Assembly: GCA_047495785.1 (NCBI GenBank)
Contig: JBLDXI010000024.1
Location: forward strand, 806,001-870,000
Origin: Lepidodermella squamata
Taxonomy: Eukaryota > Animalia > Gastrotricha
DNA: 64,000 nucleotides
Direction of reading: 5' to 3'
Shown here: positions 36,535 through 48,641 of the stretch, in pieces
How the letters are laid out: each line of letters opens with the position of its first letter
How positions within the stretch are numbered: position 1 is the stretch's first letter
The notes under the pieces: model-generated
What the model was told of the DNA's origin: nothing
Seen by the model: the letters and a program-made list of their open reading frames with translations, nothing else
The model's database searches: none
Translations under genes and position numbers: made by a program

Positions 36535-37072
36535 ATTTTTCAGGTTTTGGATATATGTATTAAAAAGAACAAGAAAAGTAAATAGGTGCGTTCCTCCAGT
36601 TGTGCTGATTTTTGGCCTTATCAAGTGGCGGTAATTTAATCCTTACGCATGACAGACCTATACCCTGCGTTGGAGGAGTAATGTGGAATAAAAAAACAAG
36701 AAATCAAAAGGGAGTCTGGCATATGCTATATGGCCTAATTGATTCTCAAATATTGTTCCTCATCAAATATACGAGGGCGTACGAAAATTGCATTCCTCCG
36801 CCTGATCCGTGATATATTGCCAGGAGTCAAATAGGTGATTTTCGGAGGCTTCCCCGCGCAGTAAATTCCATTACCATCCAGTTGCAGATCTAGTTATCAC
36901 CCTTCATCCGATTATAATCCGTCTGTGGAATTCACTTTTTTCCCGGAAAAAAATCGAGATTGTTCGAAAAGAGAGTGAGCCATCCTACGACATAATTAGT
37001 TTTATTTGGAATATTTACTCGAAAAAAAATAAATCCTTATATCTATGAAATTACAATGAAGGGAAACGTGAT

Positions 37073-37837
37073 CTATTGAGTGTTATCTTTGTCTTTAAAT
37101 TTATCCTCGAATAGCTTGTGAAGAGCTATGAGAAACGTGTCAAATTGATGATAACGCCGCTCCTCCGCCTTCTCCATGATATCGATAAGTCTGTTGACCA
37201 ATCGACTCTCGGCGTCGGTCATTGGCGTTTCGTCATCTGTGGTCTTCGGCTGTTTGGCGACAGATTCATCCTCCGCAGAACTAGGACGCTTTTGCCCGGA
37301 TGTGATGACGCCAGGCGCTGGGACGTTCATAGTGTTCTCGACTTTGATGACGGTGAACGGCGGGTGATTTTTGTTCTCTTGCGTTCGCAGTTCGACTATT
37401 TTGTTAAGACAATGGAACCACGCGACGACAGGGTTGCCACCCGTGTGCTTTGTCAACTCTTCAGCCATGCGTTTATAAATCATTTGGTGGGGCGCGTTCG
37501 GCTTGGCGAGCTCATGCTTCACCACGTCATACATAGCGATGAGTCGGGTGACCATCTCAGGCGACCAACTGATTGAGGGCAGCATAGTTGGGGCGGCATT
37601 GTTCGGCTCTTGCGCTGCAGTTCGCCACTCAACCCTGACATTTGGTAGCTGCGAAACAGGGGTCGGCGGTCGGATCCGAGACTGCTCTGGCTGCGGGCCA
37701 GCAGTCAGGTGACTCGGGGGCCAAGGGACACCGCTGGGTCTTGCGCCGGGTGGATGCTGCTGTTGCTGTTCAACAATCCAATCCTTATAATGCTGCTTCA
37801 TGGTATTCATCCAATGCTCAAACTGCGGCTTCTCCAT
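37073..37837 (-). CDS. Myb/SANT-like (trihelix/MADF-type) DNA-binding protein, intronless
   Basis: WSPEMVTRLIAMY...IYKRMAEEL...CLNKIVELR pattern, KRP..K..K NLS-like segment, C-terminal amphipathic helix. Confidence 0.65.
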   Translation of the reverse strand: MEKPQFEHWMNTMKQHYKDWIVEQQQQHPPGARPSGVPWPPSHLTAGPQPEQSRIRPPTPVSQLPNVRVEWRTAAQEPNNAAPTMLPSISWSPEMVTRLIAMYDVVKHELAKPNAPHQMIYKRMAEELTKHTGGNPVVAWFHCLNKIVELRTQENKNHPPFTVIKVENTMNVPAPGVITSGQKRPSSAEDESVAKQPKTTDDETPMTDAESRLVNRLIDIMEKAEERRYHQFDTFLIALHKLFEDKFKDKDNTQ

Positions 37838-38238
37838 TTTTAGTGAATATTGACAAAAAACAATGGGTAAGTCGAGTAAAATTAACAAAGTGATGAGTAT
37901 GATGTAAGATGCGTGACTTCATCGGGCGGTGGTGTTTGAACAGAGAGCCGCGCGCGCGTTGTTCCTTAAAAGCAAATAAACACCCAACTCTTATCAAATC
38001 GACTAATAGACTTTGAACAGGTGATTAGTCAAGTAAGCAGCGGTAATGACGGCGATGCCTTGAGTCATCATTGCCCTCCCTTGTTGGAACAGGCGATGTG
38101 AACTCAAGTTATTTTTTTAATATGAAACAAGCGGCGTTATCATGTGGTCGCGCTATCGATCAGCTAAATAAAAAAATGCGTGCTTTATTTAACAGGAATT
38201 AACGGGTGATGCTAATTTTTATTTTATTATCTCATGTA

Positions 38239-38658
38239 TTAATAAGAAACTTTTTTCTGTCCGTTGAGTTGCGCTCGAATAAGCTCCTGTATCGGATCTT
38301 TCGTCATTTGTTTCGCCGCCATTTTCGCCCATAAGTAGAAAGGCTGTGAGTTGGCGTTGTTACAAATCACCGGCGACAGTACCTCGGCGCATTTTCGAAA
38401 TCGCCGATCCCGCTCCACGGCCATGACCTCACGAAACAGCGCCCGAACAGCTACGTCATCGCCATTTTCCAACATCGCATGCATTTGTCCTGGGAAAAAT
38501 TACGTCAATTAGACAATTAATAAATAGCGCTCTTTTTCGGTTCGCATACTTGCGATGTTTACTTTGACGTCGCTGGCTTCGTTTCGTTTCGGCGTTGATG
38601 CGATAGGATCAACTAGCAAGATTATGATGACCGAAATAAGGGACCTCATTTGTTTCAT
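38239..38658 (-). CDS. QPFYLWA family copy B (2 exons)
   Basis: MKQMRSLISVIIILLVDPIAS signal, phase-1 intron, ERDRRFRKCAEVLSPVICNNANSQPFYLWAKMAAK. Confidence 0.75.
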
Positions 38659-38814
38659 AAATTCAAGTAAAATAAGTGAGTGAAAAATTGAAGGAAACTT
38701 TCTACTACGTCACATTTATATAATATACGTTTTTTTACTATTTTCGTACGAAGCGAGAAAAAAACCATCGGTAATATGAGGGTTGTTCAAAAATGTGTGT
38801 GGTGAAAAGTGAGA

Positions 38815-39342
38815 TTAATCATTATAATTGTAGCTGTTCGTTCGTTTAGCTCGATTGGCTAAAAAGTTGCGATCGACGGGCACACGGACAATGTTCTGCG
38901 CCGCCACAAGAGCCCATAGATAGAACGGCTGCGGGCTGGCGTTCTTGCAGATCGTAGGCGACAATATTTCGACGCACTTGAGATAGCGGCGTTTTCGCTC
39001 GCGCGCATACACTCCGCGTAGAACTTCCGTCGCTCGAGTGGTATCGCCGCTTTCCAGCATTTGCATGACCCGCTCTGAAAGGCAAAATGGGCAGTACAGA
39101 AATTTAATATAAAATATATCTTCGGGATATTAATCTCGGACATAATATTTTTCAATTTTTTTTATACGGCGGAGTAGTAGTTAAAGTGACTGACTCATAG
39201 TATCACGGTCATCCATGAGATCGTTATTTTCAATAAATTCACGGCTGCTCGCTGCAGCTGCTTGATGATAATGAAAACTACCGATCGTCATAAGGGTAGC
39301 TAAGCAAACAGCGCATAACGCCGCTGGTGTTGTGTGAAACAT
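38815..39342 (-). CDS. QPFYLWA family copy C (2 exons)
   Basis: MFHTTPAALCAVCLATLMTIGS signal, phase-1 intron, ERKRRYLKCVEILSPTICKNASPQPFYLWALVAAQ. Confidence 0.75.
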
Positions 39343-41506
39343 TTCCGCGCGTGAAGTTGGAAAAATATTTTGCAGATGGAATATGATGTCAAATATAAGA
39401 CAGAAAAAAGTTGGCTGACTCTCAAGGAGTGTATTTATGTGCGCTCTAAGTACGAAAGTGCGTGGGGAAAGTAGAACGCGCGCTTGACTGCGCTTTTGCA
39501 TGGTACATAGGTGAACGCGGGTGGCCATATCATAAACCTTTTGGTATCATCGTCATCTTCATGCGTGAATTATTCCCACTGGTTAGCCGAAATTTCACGC
39601 GTTTTCATGCACTCGGTACATTTCTGTGTACGTATTTTGATGAAAAGTCAATTCGTCAACGAAATGAAATGCCGTATTTGTTCCAATAATTGCCCACTCG
39701 CTAATAATTACCCATCCCTAATAGTAGCCCAGGTTTAAGGGCCAGGTTTGTTGGAAAGCAAGAAAGATGAACACCAAAAATCAATTTTCGTATTTTTCGA
39801 GATTGAAATTTTAGTAGTCCGGGCTGCTATAGGAACATATACGGTAGCCCCGTTATTTTGGCTCTAACACTTTCTGGCGCCTATGCCATCGATCCCGTCC
39901 TCGTTTTGTATCGATTGCCATTATAAGCCGATACAGTTTCTTGAAATTTTATTGGGAAAATCAATAAAAATGCGTTTTTATGGACGATGATGGCTTTCAA
40001 ATGACACCTGTATTAATGAATCAGCCGTTGTGAGAATTTTGGAGCTTTAGAGACACCTGAGAATTGGGGATAACTTGTCCAATTTTCACTTGTCAAATGT
40101 TGACTGAAATTTCACCACGCACACCGATGAATCATCGTCCTAGTTTTCTTCAAATGACCCATACTTGAGGTAATAACGATGCTACGTACTAAGGTTTCAT
40201 GGTTTCAAGATTCAAGATTCAAGGTTTACCTCACGATTTCCACTTTTTATGCTGATATTACCAATTTTATTTTTGACCTCATTAATTGAAAATTTACGTT
40301 TATTTTCATAATAGAAGGCAAACATCGCTAACTTGCTTGAAGCGAAGATCGTGGTGCTCTTTTTTACCTCTTACCGGCGCTTAAACCGAAATACTCGCTG
40401 CTAGCAGCACCAGCGATCCAGAACCTAATGCTAATTGCTAATTCTCCAATAGACTGAATCTCTGAAAGTACCAATGGCAGCCATTACCCTCTTAGATATT
40501 TCCTCGGTCAGACTCCATTCAAAATTGTTAAATAATGAACAATGAACGAAATGCAATAATTAACACCTGAAAAAGGCAACCATTTCAATGAAACCCGTTA
40601 ACATTTTTAGTCTATACTTGGAAAAACTACTCTCACGATAATAATACAAATTTAACATTCCAAATACACAGCGTGAAGTTATTGAAAGCTATTGGTTATT
40701 GGCACGGGAGCAATAAATCAACTATCCTCATTGGGGTGATTCATAAACTGCTCGGGGCTCATTAAGCACTCTTACGATTAGCACTCTCGCCTTACGATCG
40801 TAATTCTTAATAGATTATGTAATCGACCTACGCACAATTTCAAATCTGCTTTGTGACAAATGATTCATTTTCGGCATTTTGCGAGGTTATTCACTCGGCA
40901 TAAAATAACACATGGGACCTTCCCAGCTGCGAGGTCCTCACGAATGGCCCGAATCCAGATGCCATTGGAATCAGGACCCCGGGAAACGTGTAAAATGTAA
41001 AAAAACAGGGGTCAGTTTTTGACCCGAATCGAATAACCCTAAATTAAGCTATATATTGCAAATATATCAGTGGGCGTGCAGGGCGAGTCAGATCGAAATT
41101 GTTTCATCAATATTTCAAACTACTCTGAAATTTGTCTAACGAACTAGTCAACCGTCTGCGTGTGACTTTTGTCCTGTTGACATAATATTATGAGATTCTA
41201 TGAACCTTTTCAATATGTTTTGTCCTGATCAGTCTCAAATGTTTCCTTATGCCATCAAGTCACCTTGACCTAGTGCTGTCCTTAGGCCACTTCCATAAGT
41301 CACGTACTTCAAGTAATTTAACGAGAGACATTTAAAAATTGGGTTATATGCATTCATAAGCCATCTTATTATATTATTCATTTATTTATTTCTTCATTAC
41401 ATTCTTCATTTCCGGCGTTAGACACCTGTTTAAACACAACGGGTCGGAAGTATGAATATATATATACTATGGTGTAATCGATTTCGTGAATGGAAAAACA
41501 AACTAA

Positions 41507-41910
41507 TCAACGTCTTCGGTACGGCCGATTGACAATGTCCCGGGCAGCCATTTGCGCCCAAAGGTAAAACGGCTGAACGTTAGTCTGCGTGCACATTAAG
41601 GGAGAATTGAAAATTTCGACGCACTCGCGCAATCGCCGCTGCTTGTTTTGTGCCAGGATTTTTTCCAAAATTTCTGCCACCTGTTGCACCTCGCCGTTGT
41701 CAATCATTTTCATTAAGCGCCCTGATGTAAAAAATTCGATTAATTAACTATTTTTTCTCGGTCCCATGATGACTTACTTGCTAATGCATTTTCGTATGGG
41801 TTTCGCAGGTGGTTGATATCTCTTGACAGATGATTAGCTGGCATCGCTTCGTTCGACCACGCTAACATTATTAGCGAAAGCATGACGACAGCAAAAGATG
41901 CAGCTCCCAT
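41507..41910 (-). CDS. QPFYLWA family copy D (2 exons)
   Basis: MGAASFAVVMLSLIMLAWS signal, phase-1 intron, NKQRRLRECVEIFNSPLMCTQTNVQPFYLWAQMAARDIV. Confidence 0.75.
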
Positions 41911-42270
41911 AATTTTCGAAAAATAACAACTACTACTAGTCAAAGAAAGACTTATATCACTCTCTCGGTGTACTTGATTGTATTGATTGGCGAAGAAAGC
42001 CGGATTTTATCAGTCTTGAAAAGTGTCTGGATATTATAATAGGAAATAAAATTTCCGGTGACACCACCCCACACGCCATATTTGAATGGCGATTATTCTT
42101 CTTATAGCCTAAAGCAGTTTACGTCGGCGGTAATAATAGCCATCGCCTATCGCACCGGAGTCGTCATTTCGATTTATTTCTAAATTTAGCCCACAAGAAG
42201 GTTTATTTCTGTAAATCGCTCAGTTATTACGTGCGTTATTCAATAAAAAAAATTATGACATTATCGGCGC

Positions 42271-43086
42271 TTAAAATGTCCCTTTGCGCTCAATAAATTG
42301 TGATTCACCAAATTTCGACGGGCCGATTTGCCACATTTTAGCGACTAAGCTCAACACGCTTTGATCCTCCTTATGATGAGCGAAATCAGGGTAATTCGGT
42401 AGTAGATCACCTTCTTCCTTAAGCATCAGTCGATCATCTCTCGAATACGTCATCCATTCCAGAACGAATTTAATGCTATCAAAGGTTTTTCGAAAAACAA
42501 GAAAGTTCGAAGATAATTGGTCAGAATCCGCGCATTTCCTCTCGTTTTCACATCCGATTATTACGAAATTTCCTGCAGGTGAATTTCGTGACTCAGGCTC
42601 GCCAGAGCTAAACAACATAACAGAGGCGTTTTGCACCAACATTTCTTTGAAAATTAGTCCAACGTTGCTGATAAATTGGCTTTCAAGGTCGATATAAGCC
42701 ACAAAGTCACCCTTTGAGACATTAGGATTGTAAACTAAGGCGTGAAAAATCGTATATGGCTTCCATACTGGGACTCGATCTAACAGGTTTGCAGCTTGAG
42801 ATTTGAAGAGATCAGATAAATTTTGCCTATCGATGACTATTAAAGAATCAAAGCCGAAATGAATAGCGTTTTCCCGCAATTTTTCGATAGTATTCGAGTC
42901 CATAGTCAAATTATGGGTGTAAGTAACGAGGTGTTTCCTAATATTGCCTCTGGCCAAGTCATGTATTGGGACCAAATATGAGCAAGCCAGGCGGTATAGT
43001 ATCGAATAAATGACAACACTTGCAGCGATGAAGACAATTCCGGCTGAGCTGTTGAAGTTTTGCATTCGCTGAACAAAGGACATATG
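42271..43086 (-). CDS. Intronless type-II membrane putative glycosyltransferase (WKP...YxD...H[RK]xDQS family, DUF1647-like/bacterial-type)
   Basis: N-terminal TM, VWKPYTI, GDFVAYID, KFVLEW..Y..DDRL, NYPDFAHHKEDQSVLSLVAK. The start Met is uncertain. Confidence 0.62.
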   Translation of the reverse strand, partial: HMSFVQRMQNFNSSAGIVFIAASVVIYSILYRLACSYLVPIHDLARGNIRKHLVTYTHNLTMDSNTIEKLRENAIHFGFDSLIVIDRQNLSDLFKSQAANLLDRVPVWKPYTIFHALVYNPNVSKGDFVAYIDLESQFISNVGLIFKEMLVQNASVMLFSSGEPESRNSPAGNFVIIGCENERKCADSDQLSSNFLVFRKTFDSIKFVLEWMTYSRDDRLMLKEEGDLLPNYPDFAHHKEDQSVLSLVAKMWQIGPSKFGESQFIERKGTF

Positions 43087-43543
43087 CATTTGAGTATTAC
43101 AGTAAAGGTAGCGCAGTAACGCGCAACATTTTGTACTCAAGGATTGTCTTGTTATAGTGCGATTTTACAAAAAAGGTTATGCAATTGAGAATGGACGTGC
43201 ATGAGCCTATTCTGACAAAGGACTTAAGTATAAAAAGTTCAATTAATTTAATTTCCTTATTAATATATTATTAATTATTATTTAATTTAATCGATTTATT
43301 AATTTATTATTAATTTATCAATTTTTTTGACATTTTTTAATTAAATGACCTGCTTTTATTATACCTATTATTTTCTATGAATAATTCTTTATTTGCGTTG
43401 GAGCCTCATCGATAAAGAAAAACTACCAAGAACTAAGAATGAAGCTGCGATAAAAATCTGAGATAAGTCAACTGAGTTTTTCGAGATACGGAGTGACACA
43501 ATCCACGCCTATGATTTCTTTTATTATATTATTTTTATGAACC

Positions 43544-44455
43544 ATGAACAATAATGCAGACTTAATAAAAGCTGCTGAAAGTTACACAGTAGATGATCGG
43601 CAATTCGCGAGACGGCAAAATTTCAGTGTGCCGATAGAAAATGCGCCGGTTGCTTACAACGTCGGCTATGGGACATCTCTACCTCAAGTTCTCGAAAATC
43701 CGAGCCAGCGCATTTTAGCAGCACAAGACATTTCGGCAGCACAAGACCATAGAGTGGCTGGGCAGCGAAAATTACGTATTCGAAAATGCATTGAATTTCT
43801 CATTTTAACGGTAAACAAATCATGATAACTAATTCAGTTTGTTAAATTTTGGCGATTTCAAGATTCTAGATTCGGCCCTTCTAGTCGTAGCCTGTCAATT
43901 TGTGACGTGCAAATTCGAGGAGGTTCAGCCGCATAACAACAGCAACTCCTCGAACACAACAATTCTGGGGCTTGCCGATGAATACATTGATTATTTTCGA
44001 TATTCGCCCACACCTCTTCCACTCATAACGGCTTGCCTGTTGTTACCAATTGATATTGTGGTATTTTTCGTCTATCTCTGCCGGCGGCCGATAGGCTCTG
44101 AAGTTGGAACAGCTCTCAATGTGGTAAGATTTTTGAAATTCCTGAAATTTTCGAATTTCGAGAATTTTTTGTATCAAGGCCGAATCAGCCCTTGGCTACG
44201 GCGCTATCGCATGCACGTTGTTCATGTTGCCCGTGGTTATGGGTGTCCTTTACGAAACTTCGGACAATAAAAAAATCACCGGCTGCAGCGTAACATCCTT
44301 CGACCTACTCATGACCTACTACATCATCTGCCTGGTATGTGAATCTCTTTTATTTCGCGGAAAATCTGAGGTTCAATTTTTTGCAGTGCATTGTTGTTGC
44401 GATCGTCATAGTTCGGATTTATCGCTGTCGGACTTACCCTAGAGCAAAGGATTAG
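43544..44455 (+). CDS. Four-TM membrane protein, unknown (4 exons)
   Basis: Phase-0 introns ~43811-43862, 44123-44178 and 44335-44386 join four hydrophobic segments. N-glycosylation sequons in the first loop. Confidence 0.6.
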
Positions 44456-44636
44456 CACCTGATTTTTTCGAAATTTTTAACGTTATTAAATAAAATATTT
44501 GATTCGACGATGAAGCGAGGTTTTAATTTCCATGACGAATTCTGAGTTAATTAGCATATTATAGCGATACCATTGCGCGATGTTAAATTAATGATGAGAC
44601 CAATTGCCACTCATTGATTTTTATTTCGACAAAAAA

Positions 44637-46263
44637 ATGGCGTTTAATTTTATTTTGGTGTTGATTTTGTCTACTGCGGCCGCCGCGTTAGCTTCCGAGC
44701 AGCCAGCCGACGGAACAAACGACATTTTACAGAGCTGGAATGCCGTGCCAGCGACCGATATTTGCATGGCGAACAGCCAAGTTCGGGACAGACGCGACGT
44801 TTACCCAGACCCGGCCGACTGCCACCAGTACATCCAGTGCTTCTACCTTAACGAAACTCTCGCCGTCGGAATTCGCCGACTCTGCCCGGCCGGCACCTTC
44901 TGGCGCGAGATGGTTGCAGCCTGTCTGCCAGAAGGCCCAGCTCAATGTTCCGACTACTGCATGAACAACGACACTGTCCAGGCGAAAGGCTGTTACGCTG
45001 GGCCTGGCTGCCGGCAGTACTTCACCTGCTCCCACGGCGCTAGCTATGCAATGTGCTGCCCTGATGGCACGGAATTCGACGCCGCAACTTGCAGCTGCGA
45101 GAATTCGGAAACGTGCACCGAACCGTGCCGAATTCAATCATCCGCGCCCGAGACGACAACGGTCAAGCCGTCGCAAATGATGAATGATACTGTTTGCCAG
45201 GACTCGTGGGGCACGTACCTATCCATCGTTCCGAATGAACCTAGCGCGTTTCGAATGATCGATGGCTCTGAGACAACGTACCCGGTCATGTACTGCCCGA
45301 ATGGTCTTGGCTTCGATTTGTCAAGCTGTGCCTGTAGCATAGTTCTGGAGGGCAATCTTCAAAGCAGTGTTGGCCCTCAGGAGAGCCGTCGGGCGATTCT
45401 TTACCTGCCATTCGATAGTGATACGGCTGATCACTCAACGCAGCGGTTTTACACGTCGCTGTACGATGGCGCTGACCGCGATGCGAGCACGGCTGCAGAA
45501 GGTTCTGGTTCATTGAACACAAATGGCGGCTTTCTGTCGGTTCCAGGCTTGAAAAATTACGACAGTGGAAACGCAGGGTCATGGTGCGCATTTTTCAAGT
45601 GAGTTTCAAACATTTCGATTTCCATAAAATTTTATTATTTTAATTTAATTAAATTTATTAACTCTTTTTAAAATTTAAAATTTTATTAATTAATTTTAAT
45701 TTTAATTCAATTTTTTTCAGAATGCAGGGAAATACCTGCACCTCGCCCCAGGCAATTTTGTCGAACAACATGGATCCTCGTTCTAAGGACTACACGTTTT
45801 CTATGGGTGTTCGGCCTGAAAACACGTTTGTTGGCCGGATCCACTTGGCCCAGCCGGGAAATCAAGATAAGACCATTCGAACTCAAATCACTGGAACGAG
45901 ACCCGATGGCTGGAATCACGCTTGCATGGTTTTCGATGGCAACCATTTGCAGTTATGGCTGAATGGGGTAAATTAAATTAATTAATTAAAATTTAAATTT
46001 AATTTACTAATTTATTTAATATTTCTTTTATTAATTTATGAATTTTAATATATTTTCAGGAAATGAAGGAGCAGGTGGACGGTGGCGGGTACATGTGGAT
46101 TTCTCATGCTCCAGTCATGGTTGGCTTTGACCCAGCCGTCTCACCTTTCCGAGGCAACATCGACGAGGTGCTGATCACAACTTTCGCGATGACCGCTCGC
46201 GAGGTTGAAGCTCACCGAAATGGCGATCGTGAATTTCTGCGACAGCGTGGATTTTTCGAATGA
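44637..46263 (+). CDS. Secreted chitin-binding (CBM14/peritrophin-A) repeats plus C-terminal LamG/ConA-like domain; Pif-like
   Basis: Signal peptide, PDPADCHQYIQC...CPAGTFW, CRQYFTC...CPDGTEFD, CPNGLGFD. LamG motifs LYLPFD, WNHACMVFDG..LQLWLNG and FRGNIDEV. Confidence 0.82.
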
Positions 46264-46395
46264 AAATGCCCTACATTTGACAGCTATAAATCGCATTATT
46301 TTTTGAACAACGAGAAATAAATTATCAGCTATATTTTACTACAACAATTTAATTACAATTCGAAGTGATTTTTTATTTCAAAAATTCGATAGCAA

Positions 46396-47427
46396 TCAAT
46401 AGCGTTTTGATCTACGATGACTCAAATAATAAGGATCCATAACCGGGCGTATGTCTTTGGTCGGAAACAGCTTCTGAACCGTGATGCTGAAAGAGAAGCT
46501 CGCCATGATAAAAGCCGTAAAACCATTCATCACGCCAATTGCCGCGTAATTAATCGCTGAAAATTGCGCCACCTCAAAATTTGAGTTCATGCGAGGAAAA
46601 ATTCGAATCAGCAAAAACGACATGGCTGAAACAGATAATGTCGTCCACCATAAATTGACGAGTTCGCAATATTTTCCTCGAGTTCGGTAGATTTTTCCGT
46701 TATTTCTTGCTGATTTCGAGAAATAAATACCAGGTAGACATAGCGCCATTCCAATCAATGATAAAACAAAAGCGGGCATGATTACAGAGTTGAATGAAAA
46801 TCTCGAAGAAATATCAAGTTCCAGGGCCAATAAATCGCTGAAATTAAGAATTGCAATTAATGACCCGGAGAATACTGAGATCAGCAAAATGAAGTGAGGT
46901 AGAATGAAACGTTGTGATGAGCTGATTGTTGTAAAAACCGCGGCAAATCGTCGAAAAATCAAGACAATAACTAGAGCAACACCTCTCCCGACAGCCATCG
47001 TAGCAGCTAAGGCGATTAGCGTCGAATTTTTGAAGTCAAGAGTTCGGAAAAATGGCCCGAATTTTAGGGTTAGCGCAATAATCAGAGCGCATGAAATGAC
47101 GGCATCGATTGCGGCTGAGTAAAATTCGAAATCGGAGAAGGCAAGCGCGAGGAGGCTGGCACCAAAGCCGAATCCAACGATCGCATAGCCTGAAACAATT
47201 AGAGAGCTGGTGAATTGATGGCAGATTGCTGTCATCTCGACGCTGCTGATATTTCGAACTTGGCCGAGTGCCTGGCAAGAGTCGGTCGTTACTGACGACG
47301 GAGCGACGAGGAAACTGGCGCCGAAAAACAGTGTGAGAAGTAGGGAACAGGTAGCAAAACTAGCTGTTAACTGATCAGGATAAATCTTGACGACTTCGTA
47401 GTCCTGAATTTCCCATCCCGATGGCAT
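46396..47427 (-). CDS. Intronless ~8-TM orphan protein related to the 4-TM module family
   Basis: The second half has IMPAFVLSLIGMALCLPGI and VNLWW, matching the LPAI and NxxW motifs. Confidence 0.68.
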   Translation of the reverse strand: MPSGWEIQDYEVVKIYPDQLTASFATCSLLLTLFFGASFLVAPSSVTTDSCQALGQVRNISSVEMTAICHQFTSSLIVSGYAIVGFGFGASLLALAFSDFEFYSAAIDAVISCALIIALTLKFGPFFRTLDFKNSTLIALAATMAVGRGVALVIVLIFRRFAAVFTTISSSQRFILPHFILLISVFSGSLIAILNFSDLLALELDISSRFSFNSVIMPAFVLSLIGMALCLPGIYFSKSARNNGKIYRTRGKYCELVNLWWTTLSVSAMSFLLIRIFPRMNSNFEVAQFSAINYAAIGVMNGFTAFIMASFSFSITVQKLFPTKDIRPVMDPYYLSHRRSKRY

Positions 47428-48641
47428 TATGCTTAAAACCTAAATTTCAAACGGATCGCGTTTAGCAATAGGGAAATCGATGAAAAATCAAGGTAAAATG
47501 TGTAATAATCAAATTTTAATAGTGCAAGTTTTTTGTTCGTTAATCTTTGCTTGTTTTCGGCGTGGTTGGAAGCGCCACGCGATCTCACCACTAATAAACA
47601 AAATGGCCACACCTCGCACGATGGGTCAGCGAAAACACTGTCTGTGCGTAATGATTAATGATCCGAGAAAACAGCTCGAAAATGTGTTGTTATCAAAATA
47701 TTTGTTTACAGTATCATCTTCTCATCAAGCATTGACTGTAGCGTGGGGCAGTGTTGAAATGGGGTAAAATTTCGACTTCGCGAATTTTTAGCAGAAGAAG
47801 CTACATAGGTAATTCAACATAGCATTCGCTATAGATCTCTCTTCGAAGATTGCAAAGGAAAAAACGAAGATGAGGAAGCTTTCACAGTAATGAAATCGAT
47901 GAGAAACTCGAATTGGGTTAATTTGAATTACAGCTAAGAAAAAAAAAGCGCAAGAGAAATTAGTTCATGTTTTCAACCTTGTGTTTTTAATCGATTTATC
48001 TCATTAATTGCTTTGCAGGGAAATTCCATGTCGATTCGAACGGCGACCTAACCATGTTGAGTACTCTAAAAACTAATAATAATAATTTCAGAACATTATG
48101 ACGCGAACGAGTAATAAAAAGCATCATCTTCATGCACGAACTGGCACGCTTAACCTGTAAATAAGGAATCTACTTCAGAATCTGCTTCGAAATTAAAAAT
48201 TGCGCTTCTATAAAACCTCGGAAATCCTGATCCCTTTATCGGCCACACAAAGAGATGGCGAAAAGGCAAAGTCTATAAGGTTCCGTTAATTGATTTTACA
48301 ATTCCTTACTCTGCTCCTTCCGATGATTAGGTGTTCCCCATTTATGTTCATTTCATATAAGATTCTTGAATATCGGTTATCGGCGCGATGCTGTTATCTT
48401 TTTATGAATACAAAGAGTCTTTACGGACTTCTGGTACGATTGTTGGCGGAAGGGCGCTTTATTGCCCTATTAAAATTCCTAATTATTCGGAATCGCTGAG
48501 AAGAGTGCGTTTCGAAAAATATAATTAATCGATTTCACCAACATATAAACCCGGAAAAATCAGCTGAATACATCATCAATCGCACTTTCGCAGTTATTCG
48601 ATCTCATCTTCACTCGCAAGCATTTCGACGTTGCTCTGAAA

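Noticed and set aside
39730-41330. Long gene-free spacer with GGGTCA...TGACCC palindrome (~41008-41025) and (TTCAAGA)x3, resembling MITE debris
   Set aside because: I could not establish a paired TIR or coding remnant. A repeat-library search is needed.
45599-46059. Extremely AT-rich stretches (also 2659-2761, 11510-11660, 43240-43345)
   Set aside because: These are low-complexity introns or spacers with no repeat unit or shared element.
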